A stretch of 64,000 nucleotides of DNA from Faecousia sp. (lineage in GTDB: Bacteria > Bacillota > Clostridia > Oscillospirales > Oscillospiraceae). The DNA lies in assembly GCA_045647845.1 (NCBI GenBank), contig JAZRMV010000009.1:24489-88488 (forward strand), given 5' to 3'. Under the pieces are notes generated by a model that worked only from the letters and a program-made list of their open reading frames with translations, was not told where the DNA came from and did no database searches. The translations under genes and the position numbers were made by a program. Numbering within the stretch: the first letter of the stretch is position 1; each line of letters starts with the position of its first letter. Shown here in pieces: positions 27,434 to 37,659 of the stretch.

Positions 27434-29092
27434 ATGCTTAGTGTGCTGCATATTGAAAATATTGCGGTGATTGAGTGCTCGGATATTACCTTTAACAAAG
27501 GATTTAATGTGCTGACCGGTGAGACCGGCGCCGGTAAATCCATTGTGATCGATGCTATTTCTGCCATTTTAGGTGAGCGGGCATATCGGGATATGATCCG
27601 CACCGGTGCCACAAAGGCTGCCGTGCAGGGTGTATTTTCCCACGTGCCGGAGTATTCCTGGTTTGCAGAAAATGGCGTTCCCTATGAACGGGAAACGGTG
27701 ATCCAGCGGGAGATCTATCTGGACGGACGGAATGTTTGCCGTGTCAATGGCGCTTTGGTGAGCGTTTCGGTTTTGCGGAAATTGGGCGCTAAGCTCATTG
27801 ATATTCATGGTCAGCATGATTCTGCATCATTGTTCGACGAGGCAAATCATCTGGTTTTTTTGGACGATTTTGCGGAAAATGAGTCTGTTCGCGGTCAATA
27901 TTGCGAAGCCTTTGCCGCATTGCAGGCGCTTCGCCAGGAAATGGAACATCTGACGATGGACGAGGGCGAAAAACTCCGGAAGATGGAGACCCTTCGCTTT
28001 CAAATCGATGAAATTTCCAAAGCCAACCTTCAATCCGGTGAGGATGAGCTGTTGGAACAGCGCAGAAAAGTGCTTCAAAATGCGGAAAAACTCTCCGATG
28101 GCATGAATGAGGCGGTGAATTGTCTGTACGGCAGCGACGATTCTGACGGCGCGGCTTCCTTGCTTGCCCAAGCGCAGCGAGAGCTTTCACGCCTTGCTCG
28201 TTATACCGACTCTTATGCGCAGCTGACAGAGCGGGTTACGGATATGATGTACCAGGTGCAGGATCTGGCAGATGAGGTACGTCAGGCCTGGGACGATCTT
28301 ACATATTCCGGTGATGAATTGGAGCAGATCGAATCCCGGTTGGATGTGATCCACAGACTGCGCAGAAAATATGGTGCAACCTGTGATGATATCTTGCAGT
28401 TCATGAATGATGCGGTGAAGCAGCTGGACGAGATCGAGTTTGCGGATGAGCATATGGAGCGATTGAAGATCAAGGTTGCCGCAGCTGAGGCAGAAGCAAA
28501 GGCTCTTGCGCTGAAACTTCGGGAAAGCCGAATCGCAGCTGCTGAAATTTTGTCCCAGCGGATCTTAAATGAGCTGTTACAGCTGGATATGCCTAAGGTG
28601 CGCTTTACCTGCGAATTTCAAAAGACTGAGCTAACCCTAAACGGCATGGACACAGTGGCTTTCTATATGTCGGCCAATGCAGGCGAGGCTTTGAAACCTA
28701 TGAGCAAAGTGGCATCCGGCGGTGAGCTTGCCCGGATCATGCTGGCAATGAAAAATGTGCTGGCGCAGCAGGATCAGGTGCCCACGCTGATTTTTGACGA
28801 AGTGGACAATGGTGTTTCCGGCCGTGCCGCACAGAAGGTTGCCCAGAAGCTGCACAGCGTTGCGGTGAATAAGCAGGTTCTTTGCGTGACCCATTTGCCT
28901 CAGATCGCAGCTATGGGTGATGTTCATATGCTCATCAGCAAATCGGAGCGTGACGGTCGTACCTACACCACAGTTATGCCCCTGGATCGTGCCGGCCGGG
29001 TGCAGGAGCTTGCCAGAATCATCGGTGGCGCGTCCATAACAGAAACCACATTAAAGAGCGCTGAGGAGATGCTGCAAAGCGAATCTTCTTGA
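27434..29092 (+). CDS. recN: DNA repair protein RecN
   Basis: TGETGAGKS, IHGQH, ASGGELAR, FDEVD and VTHLPQ. Confidence 0.97.
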   Translation: MLSVLHIENIAVIECSDITFNKGFNVLTGETGAGKSIVIDAISAILGERAYRDMIRTGATKAAVQGVFSHVPEYSWFAENGVPYERETVIQREIYLDGRNVCRVNGALVSVSVLRKLGAKLIDIHGQHDSASLFDEANHLVFLDDFAENESVRGQYCEAFAALQALRQEMEHLTMDEGEKLRKMETLRFQIDEISKANLQSGEDELLEQRRKVLQNAEKLSDGMNEAVNCLYGSDDSDGAASLLAQAQRELSRLARYTDSYAQLTERVTDMMYQVQDLADEVRQAWDDLTYSGDELEQIESRLDVIHRLRRKYGATCDDILQFMNDAVKQLDEIEFADEHMERLKIKVAAAEAEAKALALKLRESRIAAAEILSQRILNELLQLDMPKVRFTCEFQKTELTLNGMDTVAFYMSANAGEALKPMSKVASGGELARIMLAMKNVLAQQDQVPTLIFDEVDNGVSGRAAQKVAQKLHSVAVNKQVLCVTHLPQIAAMGDVHMLISKSERDGRTYTTVMPLDRAGRVQELARIIGGASITETTLKSAEEMLQSESS

Positions 29093-29128
29093 CTTTTTTT
29101 CTATTTTTTGTTACCATATTTTTAACAC

Positions 29129-29375
29129 GTTGAACGGATGAAGTATGCGTTATATTCCTCGTCAGAGAGCTGCCGGTTGGTGCGAGGCAGTGGAGAATAC
29201 CGCAGAAATACCTCCCGGAGTGGCTTTCCTGAAATGTCAGTAGGGGAAGACGGGTGCGCCCGGTAGCGCGCACGGTGTCTATGACACCCCGAGTGTCTTG
29301 CTGCGAGGCAAGGCAAAATAGAGGTGGTACCGCGTATTTTACGCCCTCTGTCCATAGGGACAGAGGGCTTTTTTG
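29129..29375 (+). promoter_or_regulatory. T-box leader (Tyr, specifier TAC)
   Basis: Stem I with AGAGA/GGTGCGA, GAAATACCT specifier loop, AGAGGTGGTACCGCG T-box and terminator. Confidence 0.92.
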
Positions 29376-29412
29376 CACCTCCGTCCGAAATCAAATTTTG
29401 GAGGAAAAGTAA

Positions 29413-30633
29413 ATGAAACTGTATGACGAATTGGTTGCCCGCGGCTTGATCGCCCAGGTGACCAATGAAGAGGAAATCCGGGAGATGATCGATAACGGCA
29501 AGGCCGTATTCTATATCGGCTTTGACCCCACTGCGGATTCTCTCCATGTTGGCCATTTTATGGCGCTGTGTTTGATGAAGAGGCTGCAAATGGCCGGCAA
29601 TAAACCCATTGCTTTGATCGGCGGCGGTACAGCTATGATTGGTGACCCATCCGGCAGAACCGATATGCGCTCCATGATGACCCAGGAAACGATCCAGCAC
29701 AACTGCGACTGCTTTAAAAAGCAGATGGAGCGTTTCATTGAGTTTGGCGAAGGCAAGGCGCAGATGGTTAACAATGCAGATTGGCTGCTGAAACTCAATT
29801 ATGTGGATTTCATTCGTGAGATCGGTGGCTGCTTCTCGGTGAATAATATGCTGCGGGCAGAGTGCTTTAAGCAGAGAATGGAAAAGGGACTTTCGTTCCT
29901 GGAATTTAACTATATGCCCATGCAGTCCTACGATTTTTACTATCTGTTTAAGCACTACGGCTGTAATATGCAGTTCGGCGGCAATGATCAGTGGAGCAAT
30001 ATGCTGGGCGGCACAGAACTGATCCGCAAGAAGCTGGGCAAGGATGCCCACGCCATGACCATTACGCTGCTGCTGAATTCCGAGGGCAAGAAGATGGGCA
30101 AGACCGCCAGCGGTGCGGTCTGGCTCGATCCCAACAAGACCAAGCCCTTCGACTTCTACCAGTATTGGCGAAACGTGGAAGATGCAGATGTACTCAAATG
30201 TATCCGTATGCTCACGTTCCTGCCCTTGGAGCAGATTGACGAGATGGCTTCCTGGAAAGACGCACAGCTCAATACAGCCAAGGAGATCCTGGCCTATGAG
30301 CTGACTAAGCTTGTTCATGGTGAAGAAGAGGCCGTCAAGGCACAGAGTGCTGCCAAGGCGCTGTTTTCCGGCGCCAGCGACGCCAATATGCCTACCACGG
30401 AAATCACCGCAGACAAGCTGACTGACGGCGCGATTGGCATTCTCAATTTGATGGTTGCATGCGGTTTAGCTCCTTCCAATAAGCAGGCTCGTCAATTGGT
30501 GGAACAGGGCGGCGTATTCGTAAATGATGAAAAAGTTCCCGCTGCAAATTATGTTGTCACAGAGCAGATGCTTAAAGATGGCGTGAAGATCCGCAAAGGC
30601 AAGAAGGTATTCCATAAGGCAGTTCTGGCATAA
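29413..30633 (+). CDS. tyrS: Tyrosyl-tRNA synthetase
   Basis: [26 protein letters not shown] and C-terminal S4 domain. Confidence 0.98.
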   Translation: MKLYDELVARGLIAQVTNEEEIREMIDNGKAVFYIGFDPTADSLHVGHFMALCLMKRLQMAGNKPIALIGGGTAMIGDPSGRTDMRSMMTQETIQHNCDCFKKQMERFIEFGEGKAQMVNNADWLLKLNYVDFIREIGGCFSVNNMLRAECFKQRMEKGLSFLEFNYMPMQSYDFYYLFKHYGCNMQFGGNDQWSNMLGGTELIRKKLGKDAHAMTITLLLNSEGKKMGKTASGAVWLDPNKTKPFDFYQYWRNVEDADVLKCIRMLTFLPLEQIDEMASWKDAQLNTAKEILAYELTKLVHGEEEAVKAQSAAKALFSGASDANMPTTEITADKLTDGAIGILNLMVACGLAPSNKQARQLVEQGGVFVNDEKVPAANYVVTEQMLKDGVKIRKGKKVFHKAVLA

Positions 30634-30661
30634 TAAATCCTGTTTTGGGAGGTAAACTATT

Positions 30662-32215
30662 ATGAAACTCAATTATAAGCGTACGATCCTGGTTGGTTTT
30701 GCATTTTTCCTGATCAGTGCATTCTGGCAGGCTTATGACGCCACGATCCCGGTGATCTTGACCAATAAGTTCGGTATGTCCCAAACCTGGTCCGGTGTAA
30801 TCATGGCGCTGGATAACATTCTGGCTGTGTTTATGCTGCCCATTTTCGGCTCGCTGTCTGACAAATGTGTCAATAATAAAAAGGGCAAGCGTACACCCTT
30901 TATCACTATTGGCACCATTATTGCGGCTGTGGCATTGGTAGCTCTTTCTTTTGTGGATAATGCTCAGCTGCATAAGATCGCTGATGTTTCTGCCATTGAT
31001 GACCCCGCTGCTTTGCACGCAATATACGAGAAACAGTCGGATCGCGAGCTTTATACCCCTGATGGTGAGAAATTTGTCTTGCAGGACATTTTTGAGGAAG
31101 AGGAGTTTGCGTCCATCACCAGCCAGATTGAATTGGCAAGCGGTAAGATGATCACAAACCCTGATTATACCAACTATGTTGCCCCTGCCCGTCAGGCTTG
31201 CGCCGCGGATGCTACTGCTCAGGATCCGGCTATGCTGATCATGTTTGTGGTATTGCTCCTTGCGGTGCTTATCGCGATGGCCACCTTCCGCAGCCCTGCT
31301 GTGGCGTTAATGCCGGATGTAACGATCAAGCCTTTGCGCAGTAAAGCCAATGCTGTGATCAATCTGATGGGTACCGCAGGCGGTATTCTGGTTTTGGTCT
31401 TGGGCATTGTTTTTGCAACCGGTGCGGTGAAGAATTCCATGATGAACTATATGGTTTATTATGGTGTGATCGCTGCACTGATGCTGGGTGCACTGTTGAT
31501 TTTCCGTCTGACTGTTCGTGAGCCCCAGTGGGCACAGGAAATGGTAGAGACCAGCCAGCAGCTTGGCATCGAGGAGGAGCAGGAGGAGACTGACGAAAAG
31601 CGTCGCCTTTCCAAGCAGGAACTGCGCAGCTTGCTTCTGATTCTGGCGTCTATCGCCCTCTGGTATATCGGTTACAATGCCGTTACTTCCAAATATTCTC
31701 TGTATGCAGGCCGCGTGCTGAATATGGACTATAATACCACGCTCTTGATAGCGCAGGGCGCTGCCATCGTTTCTTATCTGCCTGCCGGTATCGTGGCTTC
31801 CAAGATCGGCCGGAAGAAGACAATCCTTGCCGGTGTCGTAATGCTTTCTGCAGCTTTTGCGCTGGCATCTTTTCTCCGTGCGGGCAGCTCTGTGCTGCTG
31901 ATGAATGTGCTGTTTGCATTGGCCGGTATCGGTTGGGCGACTATTAATGTCAACTCTTTCCCCATGGTCGTTGAGCTCTGCTCTGGCGGCGATATCGGTA
32001 AGTATACCGGATATTACTACACTGCGTCTATGGCAGCTCAGATCGTTACTCCTGTTCTTTCCGGTGCGTTGATGGATATGACCGGCAGAATGACGATCCT
32101 TTTCCCGTATGCTGCCGTATTTGCAGGCCTGGCCTTTGTGACTATGCTTTTTGTTAAGCACGGTGATGCCAAGGTGGAGGCAAAGCAAGGTTTGGAAGCT
32201 TTTGATAATGATTGA
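30662..32215 (+). CDS. MFS transporter (SLC45/maltose-transporter-like)
   Basis: GSLSD...GKRTPFI, RSPAVALMPD and about 12 TM segments. Confidence 0.85.
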   Translation: MKLNYKRTILVGFAFFLISAFWQAYDATIPVILTNKFGMSQTWSGVIMALDNILAVFMLPIFGSLSDKCVNNKKGKRTPFITIGTIIAAVALVALSFVDNAQLHKIADVSAIDDPAALHAIYEKQSDRELYTPDGEKFVLQDIFEEEEFASITSQIELASGKMITNPDYTNYVAPARQACAADATAQDPAMLIMFVVLLLAVLIAMATFRSPAVALMPDVTIKPLRSKANAVINLMGTAGGILVLVLGIVFATGAVKNSMMNYMVYYGVIAALMLGALLIFRLTVREPQWAQEMVETSQQLGIEEEQEETDEKRRLSKQELRSLLLILASIALWYIGYNAVTSKYSLYAGRVLNMDYNTTLLIAQGAAIVSYLPAGIVASKIGRKKTILAGVVMLSAAFALASFLRAGSSVLLMNVLFALAGIGWATINVNSFPMVVELCSGGDIGKYTGYYYTASMAAQIVTPVLSGALMDMTGRMTILFPYAAVFAGLAFVTMLFVKHGDAKVEAKQGLEAFDND

Positions 32216-32228
32216 TTGAAGGATTTAT

Positions 32229-33026
32229 ATGATATTTTTACTTGTGCTTGTTTTGCTGTATCTTTTTGCCTTAAAAGGCAGAACAGGAAACGAGAAGTTA
32301 TCCGATCTTCGGGGCTGGTTTTATGCGCACCGGGGACTCCACAGCGACAATGTGCCGGAAAACAGCATGGACGCATTCTCCCGGGCGCTGGATGCCGGTT
32401 ATGGTATTGAACTGGATATTCATTTGATGAAAGACGGCAATTTGGCAGTTATCCACGATTCATCACTAAAACGCACCGCCGGGGCAGATGTAATGATCGA
32501 GGATCTTAGCATAGAAGATCTGGAACATTACCGCCTGGAAGGAACGCAGGAGAAAATTCCCACTTTGTCGCAAGTGCTGGAACTGTACGATGGAAAAGCA
32601 CCGCTGATTGTGGAATTGAAAACGGCCAAAGGAAATCATGCGGCATTGTGTGAAAAAGTCTGCGAAGTGTTGAGCTCTTATCAGGGTGCTTATTGTCTGG
32701 AATCCTTTGATCCTCGCTGCATTTCCTGGCTGCGGAAAAATCAGCCGCAGATCATCCGGGGGCAGTTGTCTGAGAATTTTCTCATTGACGAAAAAGCCAA
32801 GTTGCCCTGGATCATGAAGTGGATCATGTCTTGGAATATGGCAAACTTGGTGGCAAGACCGGATTTTATCGCATATCGCTTTGACCACAGAAACCATTTC
32901 AGCGTGAAGCTGTGCCGCAAATTGTGGGGCATACAAGGAGTTTGCTGGACGGTCAGAAATTTGCACGATCATAAAATTGCCGTGCAAGAAGGCTGGATCC
33001 CAATTTTCGAAGATTATCTTCCATAA
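32229..33026 (+). CDS. Glycerophosphodiester phosphodiesterase
   Basis: AHRG, PENS, ELD, HD and IVELK. Confidence 0.92.
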   Translation: MIFLLVLVLLYLFALKGRTGNEKLSDLRGWFYAHRGLHSDNVPENSMDAFSRALDAGYGIELDIHLMKDGNLAVIHDSSLKRTAGADVMIEDLSIEDLEHYRLEGTQEKIPTLSQVLELYDGKAPLIVELKTAKGNHAALCEKVCEVLSSYQGAYCLESFDPRCISWLRKNQPQIIRGQLSENFLIDEKAKLPWIMKWIMSWNMANLVARPDFIAYRFDHRNHFSVKLCRKLWGIQGVCWTVRNLHDHKIAVQEGWIPIFEDYLP

Positions 33027-33057
33027 TAAAAGACACCGCCCATTTGGGCGGTGTCTT

Positions 33058-33924
33058 TTATTGGAAGTATTCCCAAATTTTGGCCTTGCTGTCCTTACTC
33101 AGCTGTCCAAGCGGCAGGCGACAGCTACCGCAGTCATAACCGATGCAGTTCATTGCTTCCTTAACCGGCAATGGACTTAGCTCACAGAACATCAGTTTCG
33201 TAACATCTCGCAGCTTGCATTGCAGATGCGCTGCGGTATCAAAATCGCCGTCCAGAGCGGCTTTTGCCATGGCGTTCATTTCAATGGGTAAAACATTGGA
33301 TGTAACGGATATAACGCCTTGACCGCCAAGAGAGATGATGGGCACTGTCATGTCGTCATTACCGGACCACACGGTAAAATTCGGACAGCGGCTGCGGATT
33401 TCCAGGGTTTTCCCAATATCATTGGATGCTTCTTTTACACCAACGATATTGGTTATATGGCTCAAAGCTTCGTAAACATCAACGCTCATATCCAAACCGG
33501 TTCGGGATGGTACATTGTAAAGAATTATGGGAATCGTAATGTGCTTCGCTATGGTGGTGTAGTGTTCGACCAATCCTTGTGGTGTGCTTTTGTTGTAGTA
33601 TGGGCTGACCAGTAAAAGGGCATCTACGCCGGCTTTTTCGGCTGCAATGCTAAGTTTTACTGTATGTTCCGTACTGTTTGTGCCGGTGCCTGCTATGATC
33701 TTCATGTCATTTTTTGCATATTCCTTGCCGGTGCAGAACAGTGCGATTTTCTCCTCGTCGGAAAGGGTGGAAGCTTCACCGGTGGTTCCGCCCAATACAA
33801 CGGCTTCGATTCCTGCGCTGATCTGCCGTTCCAGCAGAACTTTTACCATGGGCAGATTCAATTTATTGTCCAGAAAGGGCGTAACCAGAGCAGTGCATAC
33901 TCCGGAAAATAGTGGTTTTGGCAT
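33058..33924 (-). CDS. dapA: 4-hydroxy-tetrahydrodipicolinate synthase
   Basis: GTTGE, PYYNK, YNVPSRTG, GVKEAS and SGND. Confidence 0.93.
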   Translation of the reverse strand: MPKPLFSGVCTALVTPFLDNKLNLPMVKVLLERQISAGIEAVVLGGTTGEASTLSDEEKIALFCTGKEYAKNDMKIIAGTGTNSTEHTVKLSIAAEKAGVDALLLVSPYYNKSTPQGLVEHYTTIAKHITIPIILYNVPSRTGLDMSVDVYEALSHITNIVGVKEASNDIGKTLEIRSRCPNFTVWSGNDDMTVPIISLGGQGVISVTSNVLPIEMNAMAKAALDGDFDTAAHLQCKLRDVTKLMFCELSPLPVKEAMNCIGYDCGSCRLPLGQLSKDSKAKIWEYFQ

Positions 33925-34042
33925 AGTTGATCCCTCCAAATCAATCTATGCGCAGCCGTTGGGTTCTGTTATCATCAAAATGTGTTGCAAATTGGGATAA
34001 TTTTCGTTATACTGTATGCAAAGATGATCGGAGGGGTAATCA

Positions 34043-35071
34043 GTGAAAACCCATGACTTTTGGTATGACCTGCCGGAAGAATTAATCGCGCAAACGCCCT
34101 TGGAGCAAAGAGATGCGTCAAGGCTCTGCGTGCTTCACAGAGATTCCGGTGAGGTGGAACATAAAATATTCTCAGACCTTTTGGACTATTTGCGCCCTGG
34201 CGATTGCCTGGTGATGAATGACTCCCGGGTGCTTCCCGCAAGGCTTCTGGGACAACGTCCCACCGGCGGCGCGGTGGAAGTGCTTTTGCTTCGGGATCTG
34301 GGGGCGAATCGTTGGGAATGTTTGTGCAAGCCTGGCAGAAAAATGCAAGTAGGCGGTAAGGTTATATTTGGTAACGGGGAACTTACCGGTGAAGTGGTTT
34401 CCGTCACCGATGAGGGAAATCGAATCGTAGAATTTACATATTCGGGCATCTTCCTGGAAGTATTGGAGCGGTTGGGAAAAATGCCGCTGCCACCTTATAT
34501 TAAGGCGGAACTTGCCAACCAGGAGCGGTATCAGACGGTTTATTCCAGGGAGGTCGGTTCAGCTGCTGCCCCAACAGCTGGGTTGCATTTTACCAATGAA
34601 TTATTGGAGAAGATTCGTCAAAAGGGAGTAAATACCGCATTTGTGACTCTGCATGTGGGTCTGGGCACATTTCGCCCGGTTAAGGCAGAGCAGATCACCG
34701 AGCATCATATGCATGCGGAGCTTTGCATGATCAGCGCTGAAACCGCCACTTTGCTCAACGTAACCAAGCAGCAGGGCGGACGGATCATCTGTGTGGGAAC
34801 TACCTCTTGCCGAACGCTGGAATCTTTGGTCAAGGACGATGGTACGTTTGAGGAAAGCTTCAAGTGGAGGGAAATCTTCATTTATCGCGGTTATACTTTC
34901 AAGGCGATGGACGCGCTGGTGACCAATTTCCATCTGCCGGAAAGTACGTTGGTCATGCTGGTTTCCGCATTCGCAGGTCGTGAGCAGGTGCTCAATGCTT
35001 ACCGGGAGGCTGTAAAGGAACGCTATCGTTTCTTCTCCTTTGGTGATGCAATGTTTATAGTAGGGAAGTGA
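34043..35071 (+). CDS. queA: SAM:tRNA ribosyltransferase-isomerase
   Basis: [30 protein letters not shown] and [10 protein letters not shown]. Confidence 0.96.
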   Translation: MKTHDFWYDLPEELIAQTPLEQRDASRLCVLHRDSGEVEHKIFSDLLDYLRPGDCLVMNDSRVLPARLLGQRPTGGAVEVLLLRDLGANRWECLCKPGRKMQVGGKVIFGNGELTGEVVSVTDEGNRIVEFTYSGIFLEVLERLGKMPLPPYIKAELANQERYQTVYSREVGSAAAPTAGLHFTNELLEKIRQKGVNTAFVTLHVGLGTFRPVKAEQITEHHMHAELCMISAETATLLNVTKQQGGRIICVGTTSCRTLESLVKDDGTFEESFKWREIFIYRGYTFKAMDALVTNFHLPESTLVMLVSAFAGREQVLNAYREAVKERYRFFSFGDAMFIVGK

Positions 35072-35075
35072 TTGC

Positions 35076-36206
35076 TTGTTTCGGTTAATTAAAACAGACG
35101 GCAAAGCTCGTCGTGGTGAATTTACCTGCGCCCACGGCACCGTGCAGACGCCGGTGTTCATGAATGTGGGCACCCAGGGTGCGATCAAAGGCGGTCTCAG
35201 CGCAGAGGATTTAAAGAATATTGGATGTCAGGTGGAGCTCTCCAATACCTACCATCTGCACCTTCGTCCCACGGACGAGGTGGTGCGGAAAATGGGTGGT
35301 CTGCATAAGTTTATGACATGGAACGGCCCGATTTTGACGGACTCCGGCGGATTCCAGGTGTTTTCCTTGTCTTCATTGAGAAAAATCAAGGAAGAGGGCG
35401 TTTATTTTTCTTCTCACATTGACGGTCATAAAATTTTTATGGGACCGGAAGAAAGTATGCAGATCCAGTCAAATTTGGGCTCGGATATTTGCATGGCCTT
35501 TGACGAGTGCGTGGAAAACCCCGCACCGAGAAAATATGTGCTGGAAAGCGCAGATCGTACCTATCGTTGGTTGGAGCGTTGTAAGGCGGAAAATGCGCGC
35601 TTAAACAGCCTCGACGATACGGTGAATAAACAGCAGATGCTTTGGGGCATCAATCAGGGTGGTATTTTCCCGGATATCCGCATGGATCATATGAAACGTA
35701 TCGCAGATCTGGATCTGCCCGGTTATGCCATCGGTGGACTTGCCGTTGGCGAAACCGCTGAGCAGATGTACGATATCATTGATGCGGTGGAACCCTTTAT
35801 GCCCAAGGAAAAGACTCGTTATCTCATGGGCGTGGGTACTCCGACCAATATTATTGAGGCGGTGGCGCGAGGCGTGGACTTTTTTTACTGTGTTATGCCC
35901 GCAAGAAATGCACGACATGCCCGCTTGTTTACTTGGCAGGGTGCGATCAATTTAAAAAATGCTAAGTATATCCTGGACGAGAGCCCTATTGACCCGGAGT
36001 GCGATTGTCCCGTGTGCCGTCGGTACAGTAAGGCGTATTTGCGCCACTTGTTTGTGGCTGAGGAAATGCTTGCCATGCGCCTGGCGGTTATGCACAACCT
36101 GTATTTTTACAATAAGCTTATGGAAAGAATCCGCGATGCCATTGATCGGGAAGAATTTGAGGCATTCCGGCAGGAGTATTCCGCCAAATTGGCGCAAAAA
36201 ATATGA
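35076..36206 (+). CDS. tgt: tRNA-guanine transglycosylase (catalytic Asp position reads Tyr)
   Basis: NTYHL, TDSGGFQ, FDEC, GGLAVGE and CDCPVC...HN Zn site; DFFYCV in place of DxFDCV. Confidence 0.95.
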   Translation: MFRLIKTDGKARRGEFTCAHGTVQTPVFMNVGTQGAIKGGLSAEDLKNIGCQVELSNTYHLHLRPTDEVVRKMGGLHKFMTWNGPILTDSGGFQVFSLSSLRKIKEEGVYFSSHIDGHKIFMGPEESMQIQSNLGSDICMAFDECVENPAPRKYVLESADRTYRWLERCKAENARLNSLDDTVNKQQMLWGINQGGIFPDIRMDHMKRIADLDLPGYAIGGLAVGETAEQMYDIIDAVEPFMPKEKTRYLMGVGTPTNIIEAVARGVDFFYCVMPARNARHARLFTWQGAINLKNAKYILDESPIDPECDCPVCRRYSKAYLRHLFVAEEMLAMRLAVMHNLYFYNKLMERIRDAIDREEFEAFRQEYSAKLAQKI

Positions 36207-36276
36207 TATTATACTTGCTTTTTCTTCCAGTTAAAGCTATAATAAGTAACGATCATAATGCAAAGGAGCTATTTTT

Positions 36277-36663
36277 ATGTTGCAATTTCTTGAACAGACT
36301 ACACAGCCCGGTGGCGACCTGCTTTCGACGATTTTGATGCTGGTCATCATGCTGGGTGTTTTCTACTTCCTGCTGATCCGTCCTGAGAACAAGCGGAAGA
36401 AAGAAGCAGAGAATATGCGTTCTTCCATCAAGACCGGTGATAAGATTACCACCATCGGTGGCATTATCGGCAATGTGGTTAGCGTTAAGGAAGACCGGAT
36501 CGTGATCGAGACCAGTGCTGATCAGGTTCGTGTTGAGTTCGCCAAGTGGGCAGTTTCCTCCAATGAGTCTGCCGCTGAGCGCGCAGCTGAGGAAGCCAAG
36601 AAGGCTCAGGAAGCTAAGGCAAAGGCTAAGGCTGAAAAGAAAGCCAAGAAGGTCGAAAAGTAA
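36277..36663 (+). CDS. yajC: Preprotein translocase subunit YajC
   Basis: FYFLLIRP and GDKITTIGGIIG; follows tgt. Confidence 0.95.
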   Translation: MLQFLEQTTQPGGDLLSTILMLVIMLGVFYFLLIRPENKRKKEAENMRSSIKTGDKITTIGGIIGNVVSVKEDRIVIETSADQVRVEFAKWAVSSNESAAERAAEEAKKAQEAKAKAKAEKKAKKVEK

Positions 36664-36703
36664 TAAGAAACAGGGCTTCGGGAATGTCCGAAGCCCTGTA
36701 ATT

Positions 36704-37642
36704 TTATTTCTTGGAGTAGTCCAGTATTTCCTTGGCGATATAAATGGGGCGTTCCTTGCTCTGTTCAAAGATCTTGCCTACATATTCACCAATAATGCCG
36801 ATGCAAAATAGTTGAATGCCTCCGAGGAGCAAGATCAGCACGATGATCGTTGCATAACCGGGAATGTCGATGCCATAGATCAGTTTTTCCAGAACTACCG
36901 CAACCAAGTAAATCAGTGCAACAAATGCTGTAATGCTTCCAAAATAGGTGGCGATGCGCAGTGGCTTGGTGGAGAAGCCGACGATTCCTTCAATGGCGTA
37001 GTTGGTCAGTTTTCTGAAACTCCATTTGCTCTTGCCGGAATTTCTGGGCGCAGCAGTGTAGGGAATATAGGTAGTGTTAAATCCGACCCATGCAAAGACA
37101 CCCTTACTGAATCGATGATATTCGCCTAATTGGAGAATGCTTTCGGCAACGGCTCTGCGGAAGGTGCGAAAATCGCTGGAATCGGCACGCAGTCTTACAT
37201 CGGAAAGCCGATTGATAATGCTGTAAAAGCATTTCTTGAAGAACGAAAGAATTTTACCTTCGCCACGCCGATCCTGGTAGGCAGCGACCATGTCACATTC
37301 CGGCTTTTCATCCAGCATTTGCACCATTTGCCGTACAATTTCCGGCCGCTGCTGCAAATCCGCATCGATCAGGGAAATGTATTCACCGGCAGCGTGCTGC
37401 AAGCCTGCATAAATGCCGGATTCCTTGCCGAAATTCCGGGAGAAGGAAACAACTTTAACCGGACAAGTCTGGGCAACGAATAGTTTTTTCAGTTGGTGCA
37501 ATGTTGCGTCACGGCTGCCATCGTCGATAAAGACGATTTCATAGTCATAGCCGCAGCCGTCAAAGGCAGAGATCACCGCCTGCTGAAAAGCCGCAACATT
37601 ATCCGCTTCATTGTAGCAGGGCACAATTAAAGATAGCTTCAT
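36704..37642 (-). CDS. GT2 glycosyltransferase (GtrB/polyprenol-phosphate type)
   Basis: VPCYNE, DDGS, SRNFGKE, DADLQ and two C-terminal TM helices. Confidence 0.92.
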   Translation of the reverse strand: MKLSLIVPCYNEADNVAAFQQAVISAFDGCGYDYEIVFIDDGSRDATLHQLKKLFVAQTCPVKVVSFSRNFGKESGIYAGLQHAAGEYISLIDADLQQRPEIVRQMVQMLDEKPECDMVAAYQDRRGEGKILSFFKKCFYSIINRLSDVRLRADSSDFRTFRRAVAESILQLGEYHRFSKGVFAWVGFNTTYIPYTAAPRNSGKSKWSFRKLTNYAIEGIVGFSTKPLRIATYFGSITAFVALIYLVAVVLEKLIYGIDIPGYATIIVLILLLGGIQLFCIGIIGEYVGKIFEQSKERPIYIAKEILDYSKK

Positions 37643-37659
37643 AGTTTCACCGCCAGAGA

